Positions 53,625 through 63,701 of a DNA stretch of 64,000 bases are shown piece by piece. The notes beneath the pieces are model-generated. The model did no database searches. It was not told where the DNA came from and saw nothing but the letters and a program-made list of their open reading frames with translations. The stretch comes from an uncultured Gammaproteobacteria bacterium (GTDB lineage: Bacteria; Patescibacteriota; Microgenomatia; Daviesbacterales; UBA10151), in the NCBI GenBank assembly GCA_964360965.1, contig CAYHYM010000003.1, positions 29-64,028 of the forward strand, in the 5' to 3' direction. Every line of letters starts with the position of its first letter. Within the stretch, counting starts at the first letter, position 1. The position numbers were made by a program, and so were the translations under genes.

Positions 53625-54633
53625 TTTTTTTATTTATAGCACTATCATACCATTTAGCTACCAAGTTTTCTATTTGAAGAGAGTAATCTTTACCTGTAAT
53701 ATCAAACCAATTAATACTCTTTTCCTTTTTAAACCATGTTAGCTGACGTCTTACATAGCCGTGGATTTTGTTTTGCATTATTCTAATCAGCTCATTCTTA
53801 TTTTTAATTTTACCCTCCAAATAATCTGCCAAAACTCCATACTCTAACCCTAATTCTCTCATTCTTTTAAGCGATAAGCCATTTCCATGAAGTTTTTTTG
53901 CCTCCTCAATCATCCCCTGGTTTATGCGAGCTACAACTCTCTCATCCACTCTTTGATATAAAATCTTACGCGGAGCACTCAACCCTATTTTTAAAACATT
54001 ATAAGATGCAACACCACCTCGGAGGTGGCCCGCTTCGCAGCGAGGCGAGCCGTAAGGACTCCTCCTAGGTGAAATATCAAGCTCGATTGCCCTTATTAAC
54101 CTTCTTGAATTCTCCCTATCAGATTGATTTAAACTTTCCCATTTTTCAGGAGAAACCTTTTTTAACTTTTCTTGTAACTCTGCTTTAGATAATTTAGCCA
54201 GTCTATTTCTTAATTTTTTATCTACAGGTATGGCCAAATTTGGCAACCCCTCAAATATCGCTTTTAGATATAAACCTGTGCCACCCACTATAATTGGCAG
54301 CTTCCCCTTTGCCCTAATTTCCCCAATCACCCTGTCTGCATCTTTAACATAATCAGCCACACTGTATTGTTTTTTTGGAGAAACCACATCATACATCCAA
54401 ATTTTTATTCCATCTATTTCCCAATAACCTATATCATTAGACCTACAAGGTCTTATGCGTTTGACCTCATAGGTCGAATTAGATGGCATCTTGCCGGTGC
54501 CTATATCCAGTCCCCCATATATTTGTCTGGAATCACAAGATACCAACTCACCATTAAATTTCTTGGCCAAGTAAAGTGCCAAATCAGTTTTACCTGTAGC
54601 GGTCGGTCCCAAAATAACTAAAAGTTTTTTCAT
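53608..54633 (-). CDS. miaA: tRNA dimethylallyltransferase
   Basis: 341 aa. P-loop ILGPTATGKTDLAL, SCDSRQIYGGLDIGTGK. ~30 aa longer than usual owing to composite GC-rich insertion 54012..54072. Confidence 0.9.
   Translation of the reverse strand: MKKLLVILGPTATGKTDLALYLAKKFNGELVSCDSRQIYGGLDIGTGKMPSNSTYEVKRIRPCRSNDIGYWEIDGIKIWMYDVVSPKKQYSVADYVKDADRVIGEIRAKGKLPIIVGGTGLYLKAIFEGLPNLAIPVDKKLRNRLAKLSKAELQEKLKKVSPEKWESLNQSDRENSRRLIRAIELDISPRRSPYGSPRCEAGHLRGGVASYNVLKIGLSAPRKILYQRVDERVVARINQGMIEEAKKLHGNGLSLKRMRELGLEYGVLADYLEGKIKNKNELIRIMQNKIHGYVRRQLTWFKKEKSINWFDITGKDYSLQIENLVAKWYDSAINKKNAKKN
54012..54072. repeat. Composite Family-A plus Family-C GC-rich palindromic insertion in-frame in miaA
   Basis: CACCTCGGAGGTGG-CCCGCTTCGCAGCGAGGCGAGC-CGTAAGGACTCCTCCTAGGTG. 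Encodes ISPRRSPYGSPRCEAGHLRGGVAS. Confidence 0.6.
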
Positions 54634-54655
54634 AATTATCCCTTATAATTGATAT

Positions 54656-55885
54656 ATGGCTAGAAATATTATACTGTCTTATCTATTTCTTTTTTTAGTT
54701 GTCATAACATTACTACTTTTAGCCACTCATCCAGCTTATTATCCTCATTTACAAACAGATGTTTTTGTTTTTTACCAGAGGACTTCTTTTTTTATTAGCA
54801 ACTTTTATTTAACTAATTTAACTGGTAATGAATACCCACCAGGAGCAATGCTATTTTTTATACTGACTTCTCCACTGCTATTGATTAATAACTCTTTTGA
54901 AACCTATAAATTAGTATTATTTATAGCCAACTTTATACTAATATTTTTTCTGTCAGTAATTTATATAAAATTTACCAAAGCGGAAAATATTATAATTTTT
55001 GCAATTATTTTATTATTTACAGGACCAATTATATTTTTTAGGTTTGACCTGTTAGTAGTAGCTCTGGTTGCTCTATCTTTTTATTTATGGAAAGAAAAAA
55101 AGACTGCCTTGTCTTTATTTTTATTATCATTTGCTACTTTAATTAAAGTATATCCCATCATATTTATACCTTATCTATTAATTTTAAGTTATAAAAATAA
55201 TGGCTTAAATCAAATTGTAAAGAATTTTTTAATCTATTTGTTGGGAATTATATTTCTGGTATCTCTGTATCTTTTTATTTTTCAAGCTGACATCAAAAAT
55301 TTATACTACAGCTTAAATTACCATACATTGAAGCCTATCGGTCTAGAAAGTGTCTGGGCAACCATCATAATGTTAATCACTTATTTTAAAAATGGCACAA
55401 ATTTTCAAATTATTACCTCAGAAGGTATCTGGGGAATTTCCAGTAATCTTCAAATTGCTCCGTTGTGGTTATATAATTATATATGGATTGTCCCTTTGGC
55501 ACTTCTACATCTTTGGTTTATCAAAAAAATTAACAATAAACTGCTTAATTTTGATATTAAATTCTGCCTAATAAATATTTTACTGTTTTTACTTTTCTCC
55601 AAAGTAATCGCGCCTCAATATATTTTGTGGTTTTCTTTACTTTTACCTCTGGTAGATATTAAAAACTTAATCTTCAAAACTGAATGGATTATTAATCTAT
55701 TCCTCATTTTATTGATTGTATTTTTGTATCAGTACATATATCCGTTAAATTATAGTGAATGGTTAAACATGTTCAAACTCAATATGGGAATAGCTCCTCT
55801 TTTTCTTATCAATGCTTTACGTAATTTTCTATTAGTATTATTAGCAGTTAGATTATTCAACCAGCTAAAATCAGCATATGCTTAA
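54656..55885 (+). CDS. GT-C superfamily membrane glycosyltransferase-like protein (DUF2029/GT87-like)
   Basis: 409 aa, ~11 TM, very hydrophobic. Topology is typical of polyprenyl-phosphate-sugar dependent mannosyltransferases. Confidence 0.45.
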   Translation: MARNIILSYLFLFLVVITLLLLATHPAYYPHLQTDVFVFYQRTSFFISNFYLTNLTGNEYPPGAMLFFILTSPLLLINNSFETYKLVLFIANFILIFFLSVIYIKFTKAENIIIFAIILLFTGPIIFFRFDLLVVALVALSFYLWKEKKTALSLFLLSFATLIKVYPIIFIPYLLILSYKNNGLNQIVKNFLIYLLGIIFLVSLYLFIFQADIKNLYYSLNYHTLKPIGLESVWATIIMLITYFKNGTNFQIITSEGIWGISSNLQIAPLWLYNYIWIVPLALLHLWFIKKINNKLLNFDIKFCLINILLFLLFSKVIAPQYILWFSLLLPLVDIKNLIFKTEWIINLFLILLIVFLYQYIYPLNYSEWLNMFKLNMGIAPLFLINALRNFLLVLLAVRLFNQLKSAYA

Positions 55886-57116
55886 AAAAATTATCAGAAC
55901 AAAAAATCTTTTAATAATTCTCTTAATCTTTACAGCCATAACTAGACTTTATAATTTAAATTATCCCAATACTTATATTTTTGATGAAGTTTATCACGGC
56001 TTTACAGCCAAAGAATATTTAAAGGGTAATAAAGAAGCATGGAGCCCTTGGGGTAAATCTGAACCAGGTGTTGCTTTTGAATGGTTACATCCTCCTATTT
56101 CCAAAGAAATAATGACTGCCTCAATGTTTGTGTTGGGGAGTACTGATGCCTGGGCATGGAGATTACCAGGAATACTTTTGGGAGTATTAAGCGTTTTTCT
56201 AGTATATAAATTGGGTCTTCTCCTTTTCAAAAAAGAATCCGCAGCCTTAATCTCTGCGTTTGTTTTTTCCATTGACGGACTAAATTTTGTCCAATCTAGA
56301 ACCGGCATGAACGATGCTTATCTGGTAGCTTTTGTTTTAACAAGCATTATCTTCTTTCTTAAAGAAAAATATATTCTTTCAGCATTATTTATGGGGGCTG
56401 CTTTAGCAACAAAATGGCCCGGTATATTTCTAGCTTTAATCTATTTCCCCATTCTATGGTCTCAGCGCAGTTTTAAACGATTATCTTATTTTATATTAAT
56501 TCCTCTAATTATTTACCTACTAAGCTATTTGCCTTATTTTTTAATTGGCTATGGGTGGACAGATTTTGTAGAATTACATCAACAAATTTGGTGGTATCAA
56601 ACTAACCTTAAGGCTACTCATGATTATGCTTCACCTTGGTGGTCCTGGCCTCTCAATTTATATCCTGTCTGGTATTTTGTGGATTATCAGAAAGACAAAA
56701 TTGCCAATATTTTTGCCTCAGGAAATCCACTGGTGTTTTGGTTTGGAACACTTGCAATAATTTTAACAGCGTGGGAAGTAATCAAAGGATTTATCCTAAA
56801 CTCAAGTCGAGAAGTTACCCAAAATTTATTAATCATTTTAGCTGGTTTTTTCATTTTTTGGCTGCCATGGGCAGTCTCCCCCAGAATTATGTTTTTATAT
56901 CATTTTTCCCCGGCAGTTCCGTTTTTATCACTTGCTTTGGGATACCAACTCAATCAATTAAGCAAAATAAAAAATGGGACAACCTTAGTAATTATTGCCT
57001 TACTACTCATGATTATTAGCTTTTTATTTTTATATCCCTTCTTGACAGGAATTCCTTTACCTAAAGATTTAGCTAATTTATTCTTTTTAACAAACCTATC
57101 TAAAAACCCCTTTTAA
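55878..57116 (+). CDS. Phospholipid-carrier-dependent glycosyltransferase (GT39/PMT-like)
   Basis: 412 aa. First-loop motif YIFDEVYHGFTAKEYLKG (DE motif of the PMT/GT39 family), multiple TM. Confidence 0.75.
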   Translation: MLKKIIRTKNLLIILLIFTAITRLYNLNYPNTYIFDEVYHGFTAKEYLKGNKEAWSPWGKSEPGVAFEWLHPPISKEIMTASMFVLGSTDAWAWRLPGILLGVLSVFLVYKLGLLLFKKESAALISAFVFSIDGLNFVQSRTGMNDAYLVAFVLTSIIFFLKEKYILSALFMGAALATKWPGIFLALIYFPILWSQRSFKRLSYFILIPLIIYLLSYLPYFLIGYGWTDFVELHQQIWWYQTNLKATHDYASPWWSWPLNLYPVWYFVDYQKDKIANIFASGNPLVFWFGTLAIILTAWEVIKGFILNSSREVTQNLLIILAGFFIFWLPWAVSPRIMFLYHFSPAVPFLSLALGYQLNQLSKIKNGTTLVIIALLLMIISFLFLYPFLTGIPLPKDLANLFFLTNLSKNPF

Positions 57117-57172
57117 ATAAATTTAGGAACCAACGTCTCATATAATCTTTGACGACGACCCCACTGTCAAAC

Positions 57173-57955
57173 TTAACTGCTGGCTGAGGAATATTGTTTT
57201 AATGACCAGTTCCATACTTTTAATGATACATAAAATAAAACTAGAGAGAAAATAACAGCATAGGCAATAAGCTCAGGTGAAAGCAGGCCTAAAAGAGATT
57301 TAACCGGAAAACTCATCATTATCCCCACCGGTATGGCAAAAGTTAAAATCCCCCTGATTGGTTCACTATAAATATCAATTGGCATTCTGCCCATACTCGT
57401 AAAATCCCGATACATCATAATGGCATGATCAATCTCTGTTGTTAAAATTGCCAAAGATAAAACCAGGATATGAAATGATAAGGCAATGATAAACCCTGCT
57501 GCCACCAGCAGGATATAAATTAAGACACCGCCAAATTCAGCAATCTGCAACCTGTTTATAAAATAAATTATTGCACCCATAAGTGGTATCAGGGTGATAA
57601 AATCCAAAAGATCAGGTCCTACTGCCAGTGATCTAAAAAGAGCATTAATCGGTTTAATAAGATAAAAATCAAATGTGCCGGATACAACTGCGCTTCTAAA
57701 TCTGTAAACTTCCCTAAAGAAAAGTTGGGCCAAAATATCTATTAAATTAAATGTTAAAAAGAAAAAAATGGTTTGATCCAGACTATATCCTGCCAAAGCA
57801 TTTATTTTTTTAAGTAAAATGACAATAAAGAATGTAAAAATACCAAATCGCAGTATCTTACCGACCAGAAAAATAGCCAGACTCCAGCGAACCATCAGCT
57901 GGGTCTGAAAAGAATTAATGGCAAATAACCACCACACTTTTAAATATTTAACCAT
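57173..57955 (-). CDS. ABC-2 family transporter permease
   Basis: 260 aa, 6 TM. Confidence 0.6.
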   Translation of the reverse strand: MVKYLKVWWLFAINSFQTQLMVRWSLAIFLVGKILRFGIFTFFIVILLKKINALAGYSLDQTIFFFLTFNLIDILAQLFFREVYRFRSAVVSGTFDFYLIKPINALFRSLAVGPDLLDFITLIPLMGAIIYFINRLQIAEFGGVLIYILLVAAGFIIALSFHILVLSLAILTTEIDHAIMMYRDFTSMGRMPIDIYSEPIRGILTFAIPVGIMMSFPVKSLLGLLSPELIAYAVIFSLVLFYVSLKVWNWSLKQYSSASS

Positions 57956-57956
57956 G

Positions 57957-58751
57957 TTAGTGCCCTACAGCTGTGTAAATTTTAAGTCCTTTCTCTAAAG
58001 TTTTAATCATTAAAAACCACAAAGTAATAACCCAAAAAACTAAAACTGAAAACCCTTGGATAATTTCAACTGATGGCATGGTACCCAAATATAACTTAGA
58101 AGGAAAATAAATAAGATAAGGAAAGGGTGTCAGCAGAATAATTTGAGATAAAGGATTGGGCAAGATATCTATGGGAAAAAGTCCTCCTCCCAAACCTTCT
58201 AAAAAAATCATCAGTAAGAAAAATGGCCCCCAGCTATTTTCTACCCAAAAAGCTGTCATTCCCAAAATAAAACTAATTGTAAAATACAGTATCATTCCCA
58301 AAATTGCGGAAAGGATAAAAAGAGTCAAAAAAAAAGTGTCAGTTTGAAAAGCAATCTGAGGTTTGAGTAAAAAAATCAGCATGGTTATCTCCACTGCCAC
58401 AAATGAAATATTAAGAAGCTTATCAGCTAAATCTCTGGTAAAATAATAAGTAATAAAATCCAAAGGTTTAATTAAAAAATTTACAATACTGCCTTCATTA
58501 ATCTGCCCTGCCACATCCATCACCCGGGATGAAAGAATGATGGCTCTTATCAGTGCTGCCACCAAAATATAGGTTAGTATCAAAGATTGTGTATACCCAA
58601 AAATTTGCTCTTGATTTTGAAAAACAGTCCACCAGATAAAATATGCCAAAAGCAGCTGCAAAATTGACCTTACTCTCCACAGAGCAAAATTTAACCTATA
58701 AACCAATCCTTGCTCCCAAGTAATTTTAAAAACAGCCAAATATTTACTCAT
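57957..58751 (-). CDS. ABC-2 family transporter permease
   Basis: 264 aa, 6 TM. Stop and start overlap with the neighbouring permease and ATPase genes. Confidence 0.6.
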   Translation of the reverse strand: MSKYLAVFKITWEQGLVYRLNFALWRVRSILQLLLAYFIWWTVFQNQEQIFGYTQSLILTYILVAALIRAIILSSRVMDVAGQINEGSIVNFLIKPLDFITYYFTRDLADKLLNISFVAVEITMLIFLLKPQIAFQTDTFFLTLFILSAILGMILYFTISFILGMTAFWVENSWGPFFLLMIFLEGLGGGLFPIDILPNPLSQIILLTPFPYLIYFPSKLYLGTMPSVEIIQGFSVLVFWVITLWFLMIKTLEKGLKIYTAVGH

Positions 58752-59725
58752 GAGCTTTTGCTGAATACCTTTCTTATGACATCTTCAATCGGAGGCTCTT
58801 CAATAGTTAAGTCTAAAACCGGGAAACTATTAAGAAGTTTGCTTGTTCTGTTGGGCACTTCATCTCTGGGGACATGAATTAAGGCATGATGATTGTCAAA
58901 TTCTCTAACTTGCCCTATACCCTCCAACTTCTTCTGATCTATCTGGCCTTCAAATTCAATATTTATTACTTTGTGGGACACAAATTTTTCTACAATATCC
59001 TCAAGCAATCCATCATATAAAATCTTCCCCTGATCTATAATAATTACCCTTTGGCAAAGTTCTTTAACATCACCCATATAATGGGATGTTAATATAATGG
59101 TGGCTTTGTATTTTTGATTATATTGTTTAATAAAATCGCGCATTCTCTTTTGCGCCACCACATCTAAACCTATGGTTGGCTCATCCAAAAATAAAATTTT
59201 GGGTGAGTGCAAAAGTGCTGCCACCAGTTCACATTTCATCCTCTCTCCCAAAGATAATTTTCTTACCTGGACATTTAACAGGTTTTCTATCTCAAGCATT
59301 TCCGACAATTCAGCAACTACTTTTTTAAACTGCTCACCAGACACCTCGTAAATTTCTTTATTTAATACAAAACTTTCCCAAGCCGGCAGATCCCACCATA
59401 GCTGATTTCTTTGTCCCATCACCAGAGCAAATTGTTTTTGAAAATCGGATTGGCGCTTAAATGGTTCATATCCCAAAACACTGACAAATCCTGATCCGGG
59501 ATATAACAGTCCGGAAAGTACTTTTAAGGTGGTCGTTTTACCTGCTCCATTGGGACCAATGAACCCTACCAGCTCACCTTCATTTATTTCAAAAGATACC
59601 CCGTCAACCGCTTTTACATCTACATATTTTCTTTTAAGTAGTGATTTTAGGGAACCCAAAAATCCCGGATCTTTTTGATGAACAGAATAGTATTTTTTTA
59701 AATTTTTAACGGAGATAATACTCAC
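58748..59725 (-). CDS. ABC transporter ATP-binding protein
   Basis: 325 aa. Walker A GPNGAGKTTTLK, signature LSLGERMK, Walker B ILFLDEPT. Confidence 0.9.
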   Translation of the reverse strand: MSIISVKNLKKYYSVHQKDPGFLGSLKSLLKRKYVDVKAVDGVSFEINEGELVGFIGPNGAGKTTTLKVLSGLLYPGSGFVSVLGYEPFKRQSDFQKQFALVMGQRNQLWWDLPAWESFVLNKEIYEVSGEQFKKVVAELSEMLEIENLLNVQVRKLSLGERMKCELVAALLHSPKILFLDEPTIGLDVVAQKRMRDFIKQYNQKYKATIILTSHYMGDVKELCQRVIIIDQGKILYDGLLEDIVEKFVSHKVINIEFEGQIDQKKLEGIGQVREFDNHHALIHVPRDEVPNRTSKLLNSFPVLDLTIEEPPIEDVIRKVFSKSS

Positions 59726-59744
59726 TAAGTAGATATTACCACAA

Positions 59745-60017
59745 TCATTTAATCAGTCTCTTAATGGTTTTGCCTGCAGTAAAACCGGGAAGTTTTTTGC
59801 TGGGGATTTGAATAATCTCTCCTGTCTGAGGATTTCTGCCCCGCCTGGCAGACCTTGATCTTATCAGAAATGTACCAAAACCAGAAATAACCACTTTCTC
59901 GCCACGAACCAAACTATCTCTTACTAAATTAAAGGTAGAATTGACTGCATCTTGAGCTGCTCTTTTGGTCAAACTAGCTTTTTTGGCAACCTTTTCTATT
60001 AATTCGTTTTTAGTCAT
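59745..60017 (-). CDS. hup: DNA-binding protein HU
   Basis: 90 aa. MTKNELIEKVA...GFGTF...RNPQTGE. Confidence 0.9.
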   Translation of the reverse strand: MTKNELIEKVAKKASLTKRAAQDAVNSTFNLVRDSLVRGEKVVISGFGTFLIRSRSARRGRNPQTGEIIQIPSKKLPGFTAGKTIKRLIK

Positions 60018-60060
60018 AGATTTTATATAACAGAAGTTTTAACTTTTGTAAAGCCCCAAA

Positions 60061-61392
60061 TCAGTTTTGGGGAGTGGTCATGGTATATTCAGAAACTCTT
60101 TTCTCTCTGATGGATGTTATTCTAACTGCACCCGGTACCATCACTTCTTTGGATACTCTTGAAGCTATATCATGGGTTAATTTTGGTAGATCTTCATCTG
60201 ATACCTTTTCAGGGATAACAATCACCCTCACCTCTCTACCTGCTTGCAAGGCATAAGCTTTTTCAACACCCTCAAATTCGGTGGCTATTTTTTCAATATC
60301 AGATAATCTTTTGATATATTCTTCTACATCCTCATGTCTTGCCCCAGGTCTTGCTCCGGATATGGCATCAGCAATATAAACAAGTATGGATTCAATTGAG
60401 GAGAATGGTTGATCCTCATGATGCTGGGCAATACAATCTACCACCTCCTGGGGAAAACCAAATTTTTTGGCAAGTTGGACACCTCTTTCTACATGAGTAC
60501 CTTCATCCCAATCAGTCAAAATTTTTCCCACATCATGAAGAAGACAACCAAGCCTTACCACATTAACATTAGCATGGAGTTCTTTGGATAAGGCAATGCC
60601 AATTCTTGTTTCCTCTAGTGTGTGGGTAATCATATTTTGACCATATGAGTATCTGTATTTGAACCTACCCAAAAGACAAACAACTTCTCTTGGCAAATTG
60701 TAAACCCCAACATCATGACAAAGCTTTTCACCTGCCTGACACATCAATTTCTCTAAATCTTGCTTGGTTCTTTCTACGATCTCCTCAATTCTTTGCGGCT
60801 GTATCCTTCCGTCTGCAATCAGTCTCTCCAGCGCCACCTTGGCAATTTCCCGTCTGATGGGATCAAAAGAAGATATAATCAGACTGTTTGGAGTTTCATC
60901 ATCCATCACTACATCGCAACCTGTTGCCTGTTCAAAAGTCCTAATATTCCTTCCTTCCTTACCGATAATTCTTCCTTTAATCTCCTCATCAGGTAGAGAA
61001 ACTACCGATGTAGTAAATTCGCTGATATAATCTGTTGCTCCATGCAGCATCGCATCTGACAAAATCTGTTTAATCCGCTCATCTACCTCAAGTTTTATCT
61101 CATCTTCCGCTTGCTTTACTTTTTTAGAAATTTCTGCTGATAAGTCTTTTTCAATCTGCTCTAGAAGAATTTTTTTGGCCTCTTCCACATTCATCCCTGA
61201 AGCTTTCTCCATTTTCCCGGTCAAGTCTTTGCTTAAGTTTTCCAACTCTGTTAATCTTAAATCAGCTTGAATTTGTTTTTCAGCAATTTGGCGTTCTCTT
61301 TCCTCCAAAATTCCCTCTCTTTTGGCAAGTTCTGCTACATCTGCAGAGACAGATGAAACAACTAAATTTTTAGGACTGAATGTTTTTTGCAT
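60061..61392 (-). CDS. rny: Ribonuclease Y
   Basis: 443 aa. KH domain IKGRIIGKEGRNIR, HD domain LLHDVGK. No N-terminal TM in this ORF. Confidence 0.85.
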   Translation of the reverse strand: MQKTFSPKNLVVSSVSADVAELAKREGILEERERQIAEKQIQADLRLTELENLSKDLTGKMEKASGMNVEEAKKILLEQIEKDLSAEISKKVKQAEDEIKLEVDERIKQILSDAMLHGATDYISEFTTSVVSLPDEEIKGRIIGKEGRNIRTFEQATGCDVVMDDETPNSLIISSFDPIRREIAKVALERLIADGRIQPQRIEEIVERTKQDLEKLMCQAGEKLCHDVGVYNLPREVVCLLGRFKYRYSYGQNMITHTLEETRIGIALSKELHANVNVVRLGCLLHDVGKILTDWDEGTHVERGVQLAKKFGFPQEVVDCIAQHHEDQPFSSIESILVYIADAISGARPGARHEDVEEYIKRLSDIEKIATEFEGVEKAYALQAGREVRVIVIPEKVSDEDLPKLTHDIASRVSKEVMVPGAVRITSIREKRVSEYTMTTPQN

Positions 61393-61416
61393 AACTAATA
61401 GAAACTAGGGGAAACC

Positions 61417-61432
61417 GAAATTAATTTCGGCT
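61417..61432. repeat. Perfect 16-bp AT-rich palindrome CCGAAATTAATTTCGG between recX and rny
   Basis: Twin of CCAAATTCGAATTTGG at 33387..33402. Possible terminator or operator. Confidence 0.35.
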
Positions 61433-61505
61433 CTGAGGAGTAATATAATTATGTAAGTTTATCTCTTTCATAAAACCTCAGTATCTCTAGTTTTCCAAAT
61501 ATAGT

Positions 61506-62198
61506 TTATCTCTTTTCCAAAACATTTGCAACTACATTTTTAACAACGGAATATTCAAACCCTCTTCTTAATAAAAATTCCCATGCTTTTTTCTTCAAAT
61601 CTCGTAGAGATTTCTCGTTCAATTCATCCTCCGGCAAGCTTTTCCATACCTTCATTTTTTTCTCCAAAGCCTGAGAAGCTACCTCTTCTTCACTGTCCCC
61701 TGTACCCTGTTCACTGATCACTTTTTCAATTATTTCCCTATCAATACCTTTTTGATAAAGTTCCTGCTTTAGAGCAATCTTACCTTTTTTTCTAGACCTT
61801 CTCCTTGCCTCAACCCAACTTTTTGCAAACTCTTCATCGGACAAAAGCCCCTTTTGTTTTAATTTAGTAATTAAAAGTTCTATTGCAGCTTCTGAGATTT
61901 CTTCTTTGTCTTTTATTTTTCTTTTAAAAGATAAGTTCTTTAAATATCTTCTAACTTCTTCCTCTGATCTTGCTCTAATATTAAAAAGTCTATACATTCT
62001 TTCCATCAACTTCCCAACTTCTGCCTCAAATAACAACTTTTCCACATCGGATGTGTCAAGTACTTTTTCCACCATTAACCGATGCTCAACCACTAAATCC
62101 TCATCTGCCCCAAAGGCAAACTGCCCATCAAGATAAATATTAAATCTGTGCGGGTTTTTTTTCTGAGGTTCTACTGATGTAATCTTTATCATAGACAA
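61506..62198 (-). CDS. recX: Regulatory protein RecX
   Basis: 230 aa, three-helix repeat RecX fold. Located immediately downstream of recA. Confidence 0.8.
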   Translation of the reverse strand: MSMIKITSVEPQKKNPHRFNIYLDGQFAFGADEDLVVEHRLMVEKVLDTSDVEKLLFEAEVGKLMERMYRLFNIRARSEEEVRRYLKNLSFKRKIKDKEEISEAAIELLITKLKQKGLLSDEEFAKSWVEARRRSRKKGKIALKQELYQKGIDREIIEKVISEQGTGDSEEEVASQALEKKMKVWKSLPEDELNEKSLRDLKKKAWEFLLRRGFEYSVVKNVVANVLEKR

Positions 62199-63701
62199 TT
62201 AATACTTTTCCCTTTTTTGAACTTTAATTGTACCAAACTTTTGCTCTTGGATTACTTTGGAAAAATAATTTTCCTTGTTGATAAAATCCGCAACAATATA
62301 ATCACTAATACCTACCACAGGTTCAATAATCAAAAACCTGGTCAACGGCAAATCTGAGCGGGAAGTTACAATCTTAAGGTTTCCCGGGAAACCTGCTGCC
62401 GCATCCCCCCCCCAAACCGGTAAGATTCCATACCTTTCTTGTCCATACCATTCAAACAAATAACTCCAGGTGGTGTTTACAAAAAGTGGCACTGTCAAAG
62501 CATTTATTGAAAAAGGTTTTCCACCGGCCTTAATATAAATATAATCTATCACCTTTTTTTGATCTGAAATAAACATCCCCGGTTGGATAATGATATCGGA
62601 GTTAGGTCCAGAAATATTATTTTTTAAAATTAAGTGTAAATTACCTACCACTATCATCAGAGTTAAAATAACCGCCGCAATTTTCCACTTTAAAAACAAC
62701 CTGTAAATTAAATAACTTGCCAAAATAATTAAACTAACAGTTGCCCCGCCGCTGTAATAATAGCTGAAACGGGCAGATAAAATATGCGGAAGAAATCCCC
62801 CTACAAACCAGATCAAAAGAAAGACAATTTTTGGCCGAAGATCTCTACTGCGATAAAGCAAAAATAAAATAACAACTGTCAAAACTAAAATTAAATTCAC
62901 CAGCCCATCAACTGCCACCAGGTTATCTTTAAAAAATCGCTGGATGACAGAAAATATATAAGTAAAATCTGATAGATTGGATCCATCAGATTTTGAGAAG
63001 GAATTCAAAATATTAAAAATTGCCTTTGTGGATCTAAAATTAAATTTTAATTCCCCCAAAATAAAAGTGGAAACACTCAAAAGAAAAACTGCTGTTGATA
63101 TTACAATCGTCTTGAGGGTTAAATTTTTAAATTGTTTTCTAAAAGCTATCACTATTAAAAGAAGTACTAAAATTAACAATCCATAAACTGCTTCAAGCTG
63201 AACTGATAATCCCAACCCCATTAAAGCAATCATTAAACCATACTGTTTATTTTTAAATAAAAAAAGAGCCATCCCTAAGTAAAAAATTAAAACCGTTAAA
63301 GGGGAAGGAGAGGGATGTCCAAAAATTAAAGAATACTGTGATTGTTCATAGGATACGGCAAAAAGAAGGGCAGCTAAAAAACCGATCCATTTATTAAAAA
63401 TAATAGACCCCAAACCAAAAGCTAAAAATATACCCAGTGCGTTTATAATACGAAGTAAAAATGAGACAACTTCCGGATTATGAAACCCCAAAAAATATGC
63501 CGGAGCAATCAGATAATAAAACAATACTCCATGGAAAAGACCACTACTTAAAGAGGTTGGAGGACCGACAATTTTTAAATTCCCTGTCAGAATATCTAAG
63601 GCAGCAAAAGAATCTCTAGCGCCATCGTATGAAAAGTAAATATTTTCCGGAAAATATAAAAAACGGATTAAAATGGCAAGGATAAAAATTGCAATTAGCA
63701 T
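62199..63701 (-). CDS. GT-C membrane glycosyltransferase (GT39/ArnT-like)
   Basis: 500 aa. N-terminal YFSYDGARD motif (cf. DxD/DEArY loop of ArnT/PMT), >10 TM. Confidence 0.65.
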   Translation of the reverse strand: MLIAIFILAILIRFLYFPENIYFSYDGARDSFAALDILTGNLKIVGPPTSLSSGLFHGVLFYYLIAPAYFLGFHNPEVVSFLLRIINALGIFLAFGLGSIIFNKWIGFLAALLFAVSYEQSQYSLIFGHPSPSPLTVLIFYLGMALFLFKNKQYGLMIALMGLGLSVQLEAVYGLLILVLLLIVIAFRKQFKNLTLKTIVISTAVFLLSVSTFILGELKFNFRSTKAIFNILNSFSKSDGSNLSDFTYIFSVIQRFFKDNLVAVDGLVNLILVLTVVILFLLYRSRDLRPKIVFLLIWFVGGFLPHILSARFSYYYSGGATVSLIILASYLIYRLFLKWKIAAVILTLMIVVGNLHLILKNNISGPNSDIIIQPGMFISDQKKVIDYIYIKAGGKPFSINALTVPLFVNTTWSYLFEWYGQERYGILPVWGGDAAAGFPGNLKIVTSRSDLPLTRFLIIEPVVGISDYIVADFINKENYFSKVIQEQKFGTIKVQKREKY

